Assembly (NCBI GenBank): GCA_038321985.1
Contig: JBBQFN010000027.1
Location: 9,325 to 73,324 of the forward strand
Direction: 5' to 3'
Source of the DNA: Cyanophyceae cyanobacterium
GTDB taxonomy: Bacteria > Cyanobacteriota > Cyanobacteriia > Cyanobacteriales > Laspinemataceae
Length of the DNA stretch: 64,000 bases
Each line of letters opens with the position of its first letter. The stretch's first letter is position 1. The notes under the pieces are model-generated. The model saw only the letters and a program-made list of their open reading frames with translations, was not told where the DNA came from and did no database searches. Of this stretch, positions 34,450 to 45,003 are shown piece by piece. The position numbers and the translations under genes were made by a program.

Positions 34450-35457
34450 CTAATCCCTAAAATTTTTATTTATAAAATCTGTAAATTCCTGATAAAACAC
34501 TTGCCCCTTTTCTCCACTACTACTTGCAGTCACTAATAAACTTAAAACTTCTACCAAAGAACGAATCGCCGCATCACAAATCAATTCAAAAAGCTGGCCT
34601 AAATCATCTTGGTTTTGTTGTCCGTAGGCTAACGCATTAATATAAGCATTCCGAATTTGATTATCAATCACAACAATGGGATATCCCGCCCGAATTAACA
34701 ACAAGTTCATTAATAATCTAGCGGTTCTCCCATTTCCATCCCGAAAAGGATGAATCGAAACAAAACGATAATGAGCCATCGTCGCATATTCTACGGAATG
34801 GAGTGTTAAAGCAGGATCGGAATTCAGCCAACCCACAAAATCCGCCATTAATTGAGACAGTAAATAATGGGGAGGATAACGATAATTTATTCCTGCCGCC
34901 ATCACATCTAGATTCCGATAACTCCCCGCTTCATCAGGGTTAATTTTTCTGAGAATTAAATTATGAATTTGTTTGATTTCCCATTCATTAATTTCCGTAT
35001 CTTTTTGGGCTAAATTTTCAATATAGTCGATCGCCTCCTTATGCCCGATCACTTCTAAATGTTCGTCGAGAGTCTTGCCCCCCACGGTAATGCCCTTTGT
35101 TAAAACTAACTCCGTTTCACTTTGGGTTAACGTATTCCCCTCAATCGCATTAGAATTATAAGTAAATCGAACATCATAAAGTTTTTTGAGTTCGGCCATC
35201 ATCATGGGTTCAAATGGTCTAAAGCCATCCAACCAAGTTTTTAGTTTATCTATTTGCTCTAATTTAAGCCGATAATTAATAATTAAATAGTGACTAATTA
35301 AAGCTGTTAATGATAAGTCTTTTTGTTGACTTAACATTATAAGCTGTTGAATCAATTTCTCGTAGAGTCGAGAAGAAGACACCAACAAGCGATCGCCCCT
35401 CCCCCTAACAAAGGACTGATTGATTCTCCTTTCCATCTTTTTAAAGATCCTACCCAT
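34450..35457 (-). CDS. Class II Fic-domain protein (true start uncertain)
   Basis: Canonical HPFRDGNGRTAR and inhibitory SNAIEGN motif. Confidence 0.93.
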   Translation of the reverse strand: MGRIFKKMERRINQSFVRGRGDRLLVSSSRLYEKLIQQLIMLSQQKDLSLTALISHYLIINYRLKLEQIDKLKTWLDGFRPFEPMMMAELKKLYDVRFTYNSNAIEGNTLTQSETELVLTKGITVGGKTLDEHLEVIGHKEAIDYIENLAQKDTEINEWEIKQIHNLILRKINPDEAGSYRNLDVMAAGINYRYPPHYLLSQLMADFVGWLNSDPALTLHSVEYATMAHYRFVSIHPFRDGNGRTARLLMNLLLIRAGYPIVVIDNQIRNAYINALAYGQQNQDDLGQLFELICDAAIRSLVEVLSLLVTASSSGEKGQVFYQEFTDFINKNFRD

Positions 35458-35467
35458 GCCCTATTAC

Positions 35468-35776
35468 CTAATCATTTTTTTTGTCTTCTTGAAAAACAAC
35501 AGGCAAATCCCGACGACCACTAATTACCCTCAATATTTCAATACCATCCTCAAGCACCCGATAAAAAATAATATAACCGCTTAAAGGAACACCTTTTAAA
35601 CCCGAATAAATATCTTCATAACTTTTACCACTATGAGGAAAGGCCACTAATTGCTTACACTTACGGTTAAAATCAGTAAAAAATTTTTCTCCATATCTAA
35701 CATTATTTCCCGCAAAATAATCGGCAATTTCATTGAGGTCTTGACTGGCTAGGATGTTGAGTAAATATCGTGCCAT
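35468..35776 (-). CDS. ParE/RelE family toxin
   Basis: ASQDLNEIADY, FPHSGK, YIIFYRV...IEILRVISGRRD. Confidence 0.9.
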   Translation of the reverse strand: MARYLLNILASQDLNEIADYFAGNNVRYGEKFFTDFNRKCKQLVAFPHSGKSYEDIYSGLKGVPLSGYIIFYRVLEDGIEILRVISGRRDLPVVFQEDKKND

Positions 35777-36052
35777 CTATCCCTTTTTAAACCGCTCTAA
35801 AATTCCCGAAACAAACAGTTCCCCATCAATGGGCGGTTCCTCTTCTGCCCGCTCAATAGCCGCTTGGACTTTTTCCCGAACCACCAAAGCCCATTCACTT
35901 TCTGCCCGTTCGTATTCCTCAAGCAATCGAAAAGCAACCTCGATTACCTGCTCACTCGATTGATACTTGCCCGTTGCAATCTTCGCTTGAACGAGACTCT
36001 CCTGCTCTGGTGTAAGCCTTACATTCATCTTTGATAATCTCCTTTCGTTCAA
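35777..36052 (-). CDS. ParD-like RHH antitoxin (likely start 36028)
   Basis: MNVRLTPEQE...GKYQSSEQVI..AFRLL; abuts the toxin gene. Confidence 0.9.
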   Translation of the reverse strand: MNERRLSKMNVRLTPEQESLVQAKIATGKYQSSEQVIEVAFRLLEEYERAESEWALVVREKVQAAIERAEEEPPIDGELFVSGILERFKKG

Positions 36053-36084
36053 TCGTTAATGCTTTTATTCTATTCCGCCATTCC

Positions 36085-37707
36085 CTAAAAAGGCGACTCA
36101 ATCCCCAACTCCTCGCAAAACCCCCGAATCAGCCGGTCCGTCTCCACCATTTCCTGATCAATCTCTCGGATCTCCCGCGCCACCGCATCTAAATCAATTT
36201 CCTCCTCCTCCTCAAACGTATCCACATAACGGGGAATATTTAGATTAAAATCATTCTCTTCAATTTCCGTTAAAGGAGCGCGATAACTATACTTTTCTTC
36301 CTGCAATCGCTCCCGATAGGTCTTAACAATTTTCTCAACATCCTCATCCCGTAAATAATTCTGATTCTTTGCCTTTTCAAAGTAGGCACTGCCATCAATA
36401 AACAAAACATCATCAGGATGTTCCCGACACTTCTTAAACACCAGCACACAAGTGGGGATACTCGTGCCATAAAAAATATTCGCAGGCAACCCAATCACCG
36501 CATCCAACCAATTGCGCTCTTGAATCACATATTTACGAATCCGCCCCTCTGCCGCGCCCCGAAACAAAACCCCGTGGGGCAACACCACCGCCATCATGCC
36601 ATTGTCATCCAGATGATGGAGCATATGCTGCACAAAGGCAAAATCCGCCTTTGAACTGGGAGCCAATGCCCCATATTGACTAAAGCGATCGTCGGATTCA
36701 AACAGCTTATTGGCGCTCCACTTGGCTGAAAACGGCGGATTTGCCACCACCGCCTCAAACCGCATTCCCTCATGCTGCGGATGTTCTAGGGTATCCTCCT
36801 GCCGTAGATCAAAATTGCGATAATGCACCCCATGCAAAATCATGTTCATGCGTGCCAAGTTGTAGGTGGTGCGGTTCATCTCCTGCCCGTAAAAATCCCC
36901 AACCGATTCCACCTCCCGCGCCACCCGCAGCAACAGCGAACCCGATCCACAGGTAGGGTCATAGACGGACTTGAGCCGACGCTTTCCCGTCGTCACAATC
37001 TTGGCTAATACCTTAGAAACCTGCTGCGGCGTGTAAAACTCCCCCGCCTTCTTCCCGGCACCACTAGCAAACTGCCCAATCAAATACTCATAGGCATCCC
37101 CCAGGACATCACTCTCCGTATCCTCTAGGCGAAAATCGATTTTATCCAAATGCACCAAAATCTTAGCAATCAGCGCATTTTTTGCCTTCGGAGTGCGCCC
37201 CAACTTCGTCGAAGTCAGATCCAGATCCTCAAATAAGTGATCAAAATCCTCTTCGCTTTCCTTACCCATTGTCGAACGTTCAATCCCATTCAGCACCTGA
37301 GTCAGGTCATCTAAAATAAAATTAGATGACTCAAAATCCTCATCCGCTAGATTTTCCTCATGGGCTTTCTGAGTTCCTAACGCCCGTTCTGCCAAGGAAC
37401 TAAACAACTCCGAGGGTTTGAGAAAATAACCCAACGAGGCGATCGACTCCTCTTTAATCGCCTCTAAATATTCTTGCCCTTCCTCCGAAGATTCATCAAT
37501 ATCCAGAAAATCAATGTCATCCTCCGCTAAGACTTCATTAGCATAGAGATGCTGCCGCTCGGACAGGTATTTATAGAAAATGAACCCTAAGCAGTAATCC
37601 CGAAACTCATCGGCATTCATCTTACCCCGCAGCGAGTCGGCAATATTCCAAAGCTGAGTTTCTAGCTTTTTCTTGTGTCCATTTTGCCCATTGAGTCCGT
37701 TCGTCAT
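36085..37707 (-). CDS. hsdM: Type I restriction enzyme M subunit (m6A methyltransferase)
   Basis: GEFYTP, DPTCGSGSLL, NPPF, NLNIPRY. Confidence 0.98.
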   Translation of the reverse strand: MTNGLNGQNGHKKKLETQLWNIADSLRGKMNADEFRDYCLGFIFYKYLSERQHLYANEVLAEDDIDFLDIDESSEEGQEYLEAIKEESIASLGYFLKPSELFSSLAERALGTQKAHEENLADEDFESSNFILDDLTQVLNGIERSTMGKESEEDFDHLFEDLDLTSTKLGRTPKAKNALIAKILVHLDKIDFRLEDTESDVLGDAYEYLIGQFASGAGKKAGEFYTPQQVSKVLAKIVTTGKRRLKSVYDPTCGSGSLLLRVAREVESVGDFYGQEMNRTTYNLARMNMILHGVHYRNFDLRQEDTLEHPQHEGMRFEAVVANPPFSAKWSANKLFESDDRFSQYGALAPSSKADFAFVQHMLHHLDDNGMMAVVLPHGVLFRGAAEGRIRKYVIQERNWLDAVIGLPANIFYGTSIPTCVLVFKKCREHPDDVLFIDGSAYFEKAKNQNYLRDEDVEKIVKTYRERLQEEKYSYRAPLTEIEENDFNLNIPRYVDTFEEEEEIDLDAVAREIREIDQEMVETDRLIRGFCEELGIESPF

Positions 37708-38075
37708 TGCTCTCTCGTACAGGATGATCCCGCGTAAATTAGGTCATATATTCTGCAAGCCCGAGCCGTGAAAACTAAAAGGCTCGGAATTTGTCAATTT
37801 TCGGGACTCCATCCGAAAATTGACACCGGGGAGTCCAGGGAACCCGCCCTAAAGGGAAAAGTTTTCATAGTCTCGCAGATCCAGCGCATCAAGTCAAGCT
37901 CGGTGAAATTCTCGAAATGTTTGATTATCCTTAGTAAATTCTCGACTGAAAACACTAATCACAGCAGAATGACTAGAAAAACTTAATTTTTCCCCCATCA
38001 AAATGCTTCGGCAATATCAAACCTGGCATAATAGTCCCGGGACCTTGCGAGTGGTGAAGAAACAGAGATGCTGCT

Positions 38076-38135
38076 AGAAACCCGGTTTCTTGTTCCCTCA
38101 GGTTCGTGCCTCGCACTCAGGAAAACGGGGTTTCC
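38076..38135. repeat. AGAAACCCGGTTTCT-type short palindromic repeats
   Basis: AGAAACCCGGTTTCT (38076-38090), degenerate copy near 38120; relatives near 44093 and 51430. Confidence 0.55.
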
Positions 38136-38238
38136 TGCACTTTGCTAAAATGAGACGGTGAATCCCTCTCTAACCCATAGTTTTATGGAGCTTTGAGATT
38201 GGCGATCGCCTCGCTTAAATTCAATCCCTAAATTACCC

Positions 38239-38865
38239 ATGAGTAAACAAACCATGACTCAGACCCTTACAAAATCCATCTCCTTTGATGAATTTGTCGC
38301 CTGGTATCCAGAAAATGCCGCCTGTAAATATGAATTACACAATGGGAAAATTGTAGAAATGCCTTTAGGAACGGGTACACACTCTAATATTACGGGTTTT
38401 ATTACGGGTGAAATCCATTTTGAAATCAGACGGCTACAATTACCTTACTCTATTCCCGGTGATTGCTTGCTGAAACCCTTGGAGGATGAATCGGGTTATC
38501 AGCCTGATGTTATTGTCCTAGATCGAGAGCAATTAAGCAAGGAACCCCGTTGGCAAAAAGAGTCTATCATTACGCTAGGGAGTTCGGTGCGGTTAGTGGT
38601 AGAAGTAGTGAGTACCAATTGGCAGAATGATTATCTAAGAAAGGCGGGGGATTATGAATTAATGGGTATCTCCGAATACTGGATTGTTGACTATCTAGGT
38701 TTAGGGGGTCGGCGCTTCATTGGTAGTTCTAAATCTCCGACTGTTTCGGTTTATAATATAATCGATGGCGAGTATGAAGTCTGGCAATTCCGAGATGATG
38801 AGAGAATTGAGTCTTTGGCTTTCCCAGAATTACAATTAACAGCAGCACAAATTTTTCAACCATAA
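38239..38865 (+). CDS. Uma2 family endonuclease-like protein
   Basis: YELHNG, PDVIV, LVVEVVS, EYWIVD. Confidence 0.93.
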   Translation: MSKQTMTQTLTKSISFDEFVAWYPENAACKYELHNGKIVEMPLGTGTHSNITGFITGEIHFEIRRLQLPYSIPGDCLLKPLEDESGYQPDVIVLDREQLSKEPRWQKESIITLGSSVRLVVEVVSTNWQNDYLRKAGDYELMGISEYWIVDYLGLGGRRFIGSSKSPTVSVYNIIDGEYEVWQFRDDERIESLAFPELQLTAAQIFQP

Positions 38866-38991
38866 TTTTTGGGCAACAGAAAAACCCAACACGATAGACA
38901 CTCTATATTTAGGGCTTTCCTTCCCCAAGGTCGTCAGTGTTGGAACTGTTTATCGTCACTTTGAGGATGGGTTTGATGTCAATAATTAGGG

Positions 38992-40149
38992 TTAATTTTT
39001 TAAAAATATCTCAGGTTTTCCCTGAAAAATAGATAAAACATAATCCCCTTGATTGGCGGAATAATTAGTGCAAACATCGAAGATTAAACCGGCTTCTACG
39101 GCAGGAATATCGATTATTTTGGGGATTTCTCCAGTTTTGTCAAAACTTAAGAGTTGGTAAAGACAGTCGCCTTTTTGAACTACGGTCCCCAAGGGTAAGC
39201 GGTTCTGAATCATTCCTCCTGCGGTGGCATAATATTTCCTGATTCGATCTTTGGGGATAAAATTTACGGAGTGTAAGTCTGTTTCCGGTAGGGGAAATCC
39301 GGGAATATTCAATATCCCTTTTTTAGCCAAATAGTTTTGAATGCCACGTACTCCTTTGGCGACTGATTCCGGATTCATCTGCATTCCGGTGCCGAGTTCC
39401 AGGGTCCAGGATTCTATATCAAACTGTATAAGTTTCCCCAGTTTAGCGAAACTGTTCTCTAATGCCAGCCAAGGTTTCATCCCAGCTTCATCGAAGGTAT
39501 CGCCATCATATTCGTTCATTAGAATTGCATAATCCAGCAGGAAGGCTTTGGCGCTTTCTTCTCGGGAACTGAAGCAATACAGATAATCTAGTCCTTGATT
39601 GGTGGAACTGTGGCAGTCGATGATATAATTGGCATCTAAGCTCAAGGATTGTAACTGATAGCGATACCGTTCGACGAAGGGAACGCCGCTGGCAGCGTTG
39701 ATTTCTTCTAAGAGTTGATGGAATTTTTGAAGAATAATCCCTCGATAATTTTTTGCGATTTCTTCTGGATAGAGATTTAATTGAGAGTAGGCAAAATCCT
39801 GGATATTTTCGGCTTTTTTTTCATAATCCCAAAATATTCTATTCCAGTCTTGGCCATCATAACTGTGATAACGCCCACTCGAAAAATGTTGCGATCGCTG
39901 ATTAATTCCCAGCGGATTACAGACGGGGACGAGCCAAATCTCGCCGGTAATTTGATTTTCATCTAAACTTTGCAACAATTCCATCAGTTGATGAATCACC
40001 GCATTTCCGGCGATTTCTGCTCCATGTAAATTGGATTGAATATAGGCTTTTTTACCGGAATTGTCTCCAATAAATTTATAAACCTGGATAAACAAGCGAT
40101 CGCCTGAAGCGAGTTGAACAATGGGAATCGTTTCAATAATCGGTAGCAT
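38992..40149 (-). CDS. Succinylglutamate desuccinylase/aspartoacylase (M14) family protein
   Basis: HGAE, NPLG, DWNR, IDCH motifs. Confidence 0.9.
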   Translation of the reverse strand: MLPIIETIPIVQLASGDRLFIQVYKFIGDNSGKKAYIQSNLHGAEIAGNAVIHQLMELLQSLDENQITGEIWLVPVCNPLGINQRSQHFSSGRYHSYDGQDWNRIFWDYEKKAENIQDFAYSQLNLYPEEIAKNYRGIILQKFHQLLEEINAASGVPFVERYRYQLQSLSLDANYIIDCHSSTNQGLDYLYCFSSREESAKAFLLDYAILMNEYDGDTFDEAGMKPWLALENSFAKLGKLIQFDIESWTLELGTGMQMNPESVAKGVRGIQNYLAKKGILNIPGFPLPETDLHSVNFIPKDRIRKYYATAGGMIQNRLPLGTVVQKGDCLYQLLSFDKTGEIPKIIDIPAVEAGLIFDVCTNYSANQGDYVLSIFQGKPEIFLKN

Positions 40150-40193
40150 ACAACCTTGACCCTTGCACATTTAGCATTGAAATTTTACAACAA

Positions 40194-40219
40194 AAAGACA
40201 CGGCAAAAGCCGTGTCTTT
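40194..40219. terminator. Hairpin terminator downstream of the GH65 gene
   Basis: AAAGACACGGC-AAAA-GCCGTGTCTTT. Confidence 0.7.
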
Positions 40220-40265
40220 ACAACGTTAATCCCATTCAAGGGTTAACTTAAAACTGGAACCTGAA

Positions 40266-43200
40266 TTACACTGAACCGGCACCAATCCGATTGCCGATCG
40301 CCGTCAACTCGGAGGATAACCCGGTGGTTTGTGCGAGTTTGTCGAGCAAATCCGTCCACTGGATATACTCTAAGGAAGGCAGCACCAAATCCGCATCCTG
40401 GAACCGTTCGACGGGACCTAACCCAATTGCCCACATTCCGGCTGCTTTCGCTGCTTCTACTCCCGAATCGGCATCTTCAAAAACAATACATTGTGCCGGA
40501 GGAATCCCTACCAAGTCCGCAGCATGGAGGAACAAATCTGGGGCGGGTTTTGAGCGCGACACACTGTATCCATCGGCGATCGCCTGCACCAAATGCCCAA
40601 TTCCTAGGCGTTCCACCACCATGTGAGCGTTTTTGCTCGATGAACCGATCGCCACCTTAATTCCTGCCGCTTGCAGTTCCATCAAAAATTCCAGCGCCCC
40701 TGGTAACAAATCCTGGGGGCCAATTTCCGCCACTAGGTCTACATAGTAACGGTTTTTGCGGTCCATCATCTCCTGCATTTGCGCTTCGGGTACTTGGCGA
40801 TTGCCTAGCAACGTTAACAGCGACTCACGACGTGCCAACCCGCGCATCGCTTCATTTGCCTCACGATCAAAGGGGATTCCCTCCTCATCCGCTACTTGCT
40901 TCCAGCCTAAATAATGGTATTCTGCCGTATCTGTCAGTACCCCATCCAAATCAAAAATCACGCCGCGTAACCCGTCGCGCAATGCTGTTGCGGTAATTTC
41001 CGACAAGCGAGGGGTCGCTTTCTGGGAATCTACGGAAGGACTATCCTGTTTAATATCAAACTCATACCAGCGATCGCGCCAGCAGAGTTTAAACTTCAGA
41101 CGACTCCATTGGGGGGGTAAGTGAGGATTGGAAATCGGACCCCGTTCTGTCAAACGAATCCCGGCAAACCCAAACACAATCGATTGCCAGACCCCTCCGG
41201 TGGAGGCGGCGTGAATCCCTTCGCCAGCATTCCCTCGCACATCTTCTAAGTCTACTAACGCAGCACGCATGAAGTGTTCATACGCCTCCATCGGTTTATC
41301 CAGTTGCGCCGCTAACACCGCATGGATAGCTGGACCCAGACTCGATCCGTAAACGTGATCGGTACGGGGACAGTAATAATCCCAGTTCGCTTGCAGGGTT
41401 TGGGAATCGTAGCGATCGCGCAGCAGATACAGCAACATCAAAACATCCGGTTGCTTGAGAATCTGACATTGACTGGTTGCCTCAATCCCTAAAATCGCTT
41501 GCATGGATTGACGGCGTGGTTCGTAATCCGCCAAATTCACATCCTTGAGGGAGAAAAAGCCTTCTGATTGCTCAATTAACCCCGTTTCTGAAGGGGTTGG
41601 CAGATAAATCCGCTCAATGACACGGTTCCAATGAATGAGGCGTTCAGGATTGAGATCCAGTTGCTGTACCACTGCCTCCGCCTGTTCCGGTGCGAAATTC
41701 TGTAACCAGTTCAATACCTCCTGTGCGGTTTCCAGGTGCCATTGCATCATTCGGTTGGTGAAGGTATTGTTATTGACGCGATCGTGATTTTCGTCAGGTC
41801 CGATCACATCGCGCACTTCGTAACAGTTGCGATCGCGGTTCCATTCAGCGCGACTCCCCCAGAATACAGCCGTATCTAGGATTAATTCTGCGCCGTAATC
41901 TGCCATCCAACCGTCATCCCCAGTGATTTGCCAGTAGTTCCAGGCAGCATAGGCAACATCGGTGGTGATGTGCAGTTCGATGTCCCCACACCAAATCCGC
42001 ACCAATTCTTTGCCTTCCGCATCCGGTACCCAACGGGGGGTGACTTCATCTCCGGTTGCCGCGCTTTCCCAAGCAAACATCGCCCCTTCATACCCCGAAT
42101 CTGCCGCTTTGCGACGAGCACCGGGGAGGGTATGGTAGCGATAAGTTAGGGCATTCCGGGCGACTGCCGGTTGGGTGTAAATTAAAAATGGCAGCAGAAA
42201 AATTTCCGTATCCCAAAAGACGTGACCCCGGTAAGCAAACCCCGATAAGGTTTTTGCGGGAATGCTGACATGACTATCGTGATGGGGTGCTGCTTGCAAC
42301 AATTGGAAGAGGTTATAGCGGATTGCTTGTTGCGCTTTCAGGTCCCCTTCTATCACCACATCCGACTGTTGCCAGAGTCGATCCCAAGCGGCAGCGTGCT
42401 CGTTGCGGAGGGTGTCGTAGTCTTTAATTTGACTCAGTTTGGAGATCGCCGTCTGAGTAGGGGCCTCCGTATCCCGGGACGTGTAAATTGTCACCAATTT
42501 TTCCACGATAACCGTCTCTCCCAGGTTGCCTTCAAACCGGGTGGTGAGGGAAGGATATCCCGGCGTCGTCATGGCAAAGACCGGAAAGGCTTGCTGCTTG
42601 CTATTTTTAACGGAAAGCTGGGTTGCCATTCCCAGAGATATCCCACTATGTAAGGTTGACAACTGCATCCAGACCCCATCCACTTCTGAGGGGAGGAGGG
42701 AAAAGGGCAGGGAACTTTTGGATTGAGGGGTTCTGACAGGCGTTAAACCTTGATTAATCCATTTCCAATGCTTGATTCCTTGGTTGTCTGGATGCCCGTC
42801 GAGTCCCGCTTGGATTTCCACGATATCGGAGAAATCAATAGGTGTAACCGTAACTCGGATTGCAGCAACATGGTGGTCTGCAAGGCTGGTAAACCGCTCA
42901 AAGTGGAGGTCGAGGGTTTTTCCCTGGGGACTACGCCAGCGAATTTGGCGACTCAGAAGGCCACGGCGCATATCCAGTTGCCTTTCATAGTGCAGGATTT
43001 CGCCGCGATCGAGGCTGAAGTATTCACCCCCGATAGACACCACTATGGGCAGCCAATCGGGGCAATTGGCTAGTTCCGTATGGACGATCGCCACCTTATC
43101 GTACACGCCATTAATCAAGGTGGCGGGTTTCGCCCCCGGGTAGCCTTCCTCGAAGGTTCCACGAGTGCCAAGATAGCCGTTTCCTAGGGTAAACACGGTT

Positions 43201-43268
43201 TCGTGATGATCCGGTTCGCTTGTAGCGTCAAAGTTGCGTTCTGTGATTGTCCAATCGGTTGCGTACAT
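40266..43268 (-). CDS. GH65 disaccharide phosphorylase/hydrolase fused to beta-phosphoglucomutase
   Basis: GNGYLGTRG, GHVFWDTE, GPDE, KQPDV; HAD motifs FDLDGVL, KPAPD, FEDA. Confidence 0.95.
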   Translation of the reverse strand: MYATDWTITERNFDATSEPDHHETVFTLGNGYLGTRGTFEEGYPGAKPATLINGVYDKVAIVHTELANCPDWLPIVVSIGGEYFSLDRGEILHYERQLDMRRGLLSRQIRWRSPQGKTLDLHFERFTSLADHHVAAIRVTVTPIDFSDIVEIQAGLDGHPDNQGIKHWKWINQGLTPVRTPQSKSSLPFSLLPSEVDGVWMQLSTLHSGISLGMATQLSVKNSKQQAFPVFAMTTPGYPSLTTRFEGNLGETVIVEKLVTIYTSRDTEAPTQTAISKLSQIKDYDTLRNEHAAAWDRLWQQSDVVIEGDLKAQQAIRYNLFQLLQAAPHHDSHVSIPAKTLSGFAYRGHVFWDTEIFLLPFLIYTQPAVARNALTYRYHTLPGARRKAADSGYEGAMFAWESAATGDEVTPRWVPDAEGKELVRIWCGDIELHITTDVAYAAWNYWQITGDDGWMADYGAELILDTAVFWGSRAEWNRDRNCYEVRDVIGPDENHDRVNNNTFTNRMMQWHLETAQEVLNWLQNFAPEQAEAVVQQLDLNPERLIHWNRVIERIYLPTPSETGLIEQSEGFFSLKDVNLADYEPRRQSMQAILGIEATSQCQILKQPDVLMLLYLLRDRYDSQTLQANWDYYCPRTDHVYGSSLGPAIHAVLAAQLDKPMEAYEHFMRAALVDLEDVRGNAGEGIHAASTGGVWQSIVFGFAGIRLTERGPISNPHLPPQWSRLKFKLCWRDRWYEFDIKQDSPSVDSQKATPRLSEITATALRDGLRGVIFDLDGVLTDTAEYHYLGWKQVADEEGIPFDREANEAMRGLARRESLLTLLGNRQVPEAQMQEMMDRKNRYYVDLVAEIGPQDLLPGALEFLMELQAAGIKVAIGSSSKNAHMVVERLGIGHLVQAIADGYSVSRSKPAPDLFLHAADLVGIPPAQCIVFEDADSGVEAAKAAGMWAIGLGPVERFQDADLVLPSLEYIQWTDLLDKLAQTTGLSSELTAIGNRIGAGSV

Positions 43269-44298
43269 TGGTATCCGTTCAGTAATTATACTTAACTATT
43301 TAGGGGGTCTGTTCGTAGAAACAAAAAATAGAGCGTTCCTACATCAACTGGGCGATCGCAGATAGGTCTTTCAGGAGACTTTGCCTAAAATCTTCCCTAC
43401 GATCAGTTCTTCTCTATCTAGAATCCCTCTCCGGATAGATGTAATATCAAAACTCCAAAAAACTCTACAAAACGATACAAAATTACATAAAGTCAAGAAC
43501 TCCATATTTTTGGAAAATATTCAAAAATATGCTACAATTATCCCGCCTTAAAATCAGGGTTCGCTGACATCACAATTCCCAAAATTTAATCAGTAAATTT
43601 GAGAGTCATACAGCCGCTGAACCGTCAAGGAGTGGGAGGGTCTCCCTCTTTAACGACACATTAAATTACCCGACCTTTCTCACGGGGGTGACTTCAGCAA
43701 GGCGATCGATATACAGAGCTACATTCCCTACCCTACCCAAGACCTAAGATCTAGAAATTTCGGCAAAAAATTGGGGTTCTCTTTCAATATTGTTAACCCA
43801 GACTTCACGGGGACCCGAGCTAAAGTATCCAGGGAAGTTCTCTCTTAATATTAACATTTTCAAGGGCTGTATTACATTGGTTCCTGAGCTAAATAATGAC
43901 CCCGTTGTATTAACCGGAGGAATAGATAGGTTCGCCTAAATTATCCGATCACTTCACCCCGAGGCAACGTTGAGGGCAATTTGATAAGTATAAAGGCGGG
44001 AACCGGGGTAAAAAGGTAACGGCGACGAGTCTTAACTCCTACTTGTTCCATTTGGCGATCGCCCATTCTAGAGCATCGGTACAGCAGGGGTTAGAAACGC
44101 TGGTTTCTGGTGCCTTTTATCGGCTACTGTACCGCCCATTCTAGCAGATGGGAGTCCTCAGTCACCTAGGGGCGGAATCAGAAAATGCACCTGGGGATTG
44201 CGATCGCCGTGACGAAACGCAGACACAGATGCAATAATGCAACTTGTGGCAAATCCTGCCCATGCTAACTCAAAGGTCAAATCCAACTCTAAGAAAAA

Positions 44299-45003
44299 AT
44301 GCCAGCCGATCGCGAGATGAACCGTGACCCCTCCCCCAGCAAGCGACCCGAAACAAGCGGGACTCTAGAATCCCGGCTGATAGTGCTGGTGCCCATTTTA
44401 GTGGGCGTCACCGTTGTATTATCCGCATGGCGAATTTTGCTCGGCGTCGCCGTCATATCCGGAGTAGGGTGGGCGTGGAAACAGTATCAACAACAGCAAC
44501 AACAGCGACTCTCCACTTTAAATGCTCTGTTTTATCAGTTGATCCAAGATAATCAGGGCCGCCTGACTGCCCTGGATTTTGCCATGCGTGGGGAAATTTC
44601 CGGGACAGAGGCGCAGGAATATTTAGAGGAACGGGCTCGCGAGTTCGCTGCCGGATATGAAATTACCGATAATGGTGGCATGGTGTACTGTTTTTCCAGC
44701 ATTAAATTGCCGGAACGCTACCAAACCATCGATGTAGCCAGCGTTCCAGCGATTTCTCAACCCGAAGCCCCTAAAGCAGTGGCCCCGAAAAAGCGCCGAG
44801 TGGTTTTGCCACCCCCCCTCAATCAAACCGAACTCGCTGCAAGGTTAGGGGTGCATCCGACTACCGTTAGTAAAAATAAAAATAAAGCCGAATTTTTCGA
44901 CTGGAGTCGGGAGAAAGACCCCGCAGGATTTGCCTGGACTTATGCACCTGCAACCAAACAGTTCTTTGCCATTGAGTCCGAGGGCGATCGCAAACCGAAG
45001 TGA
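44299..45003 (+). CDS. Membrane-anchored hypothetical protein with C-terminal HTH-like motif
   Basis: Two TM helices; LNQTELAARLGVHPTTVS. Confidence 0.8.
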   Translation: MPADREMNRDPSPSKRPETSGTLESRLIVLVPILVGVTVVLSAWRILLGVAVISGVGWAWKQYQQQQQQRLSTLNALFYQLIQDNQGRLTALDFAMRGEISGTEAQEYLEERAREFAAGYEITDNGGMVYCFSSIKLPERYQTIDVASVPAISQPEAPKAVAPKKRRVVLPPPLNQTELAARLGVHPTTVSKNKNKAEFFDWSREKDPAGFAWTYAPATKQFFAIESEGDRKPK

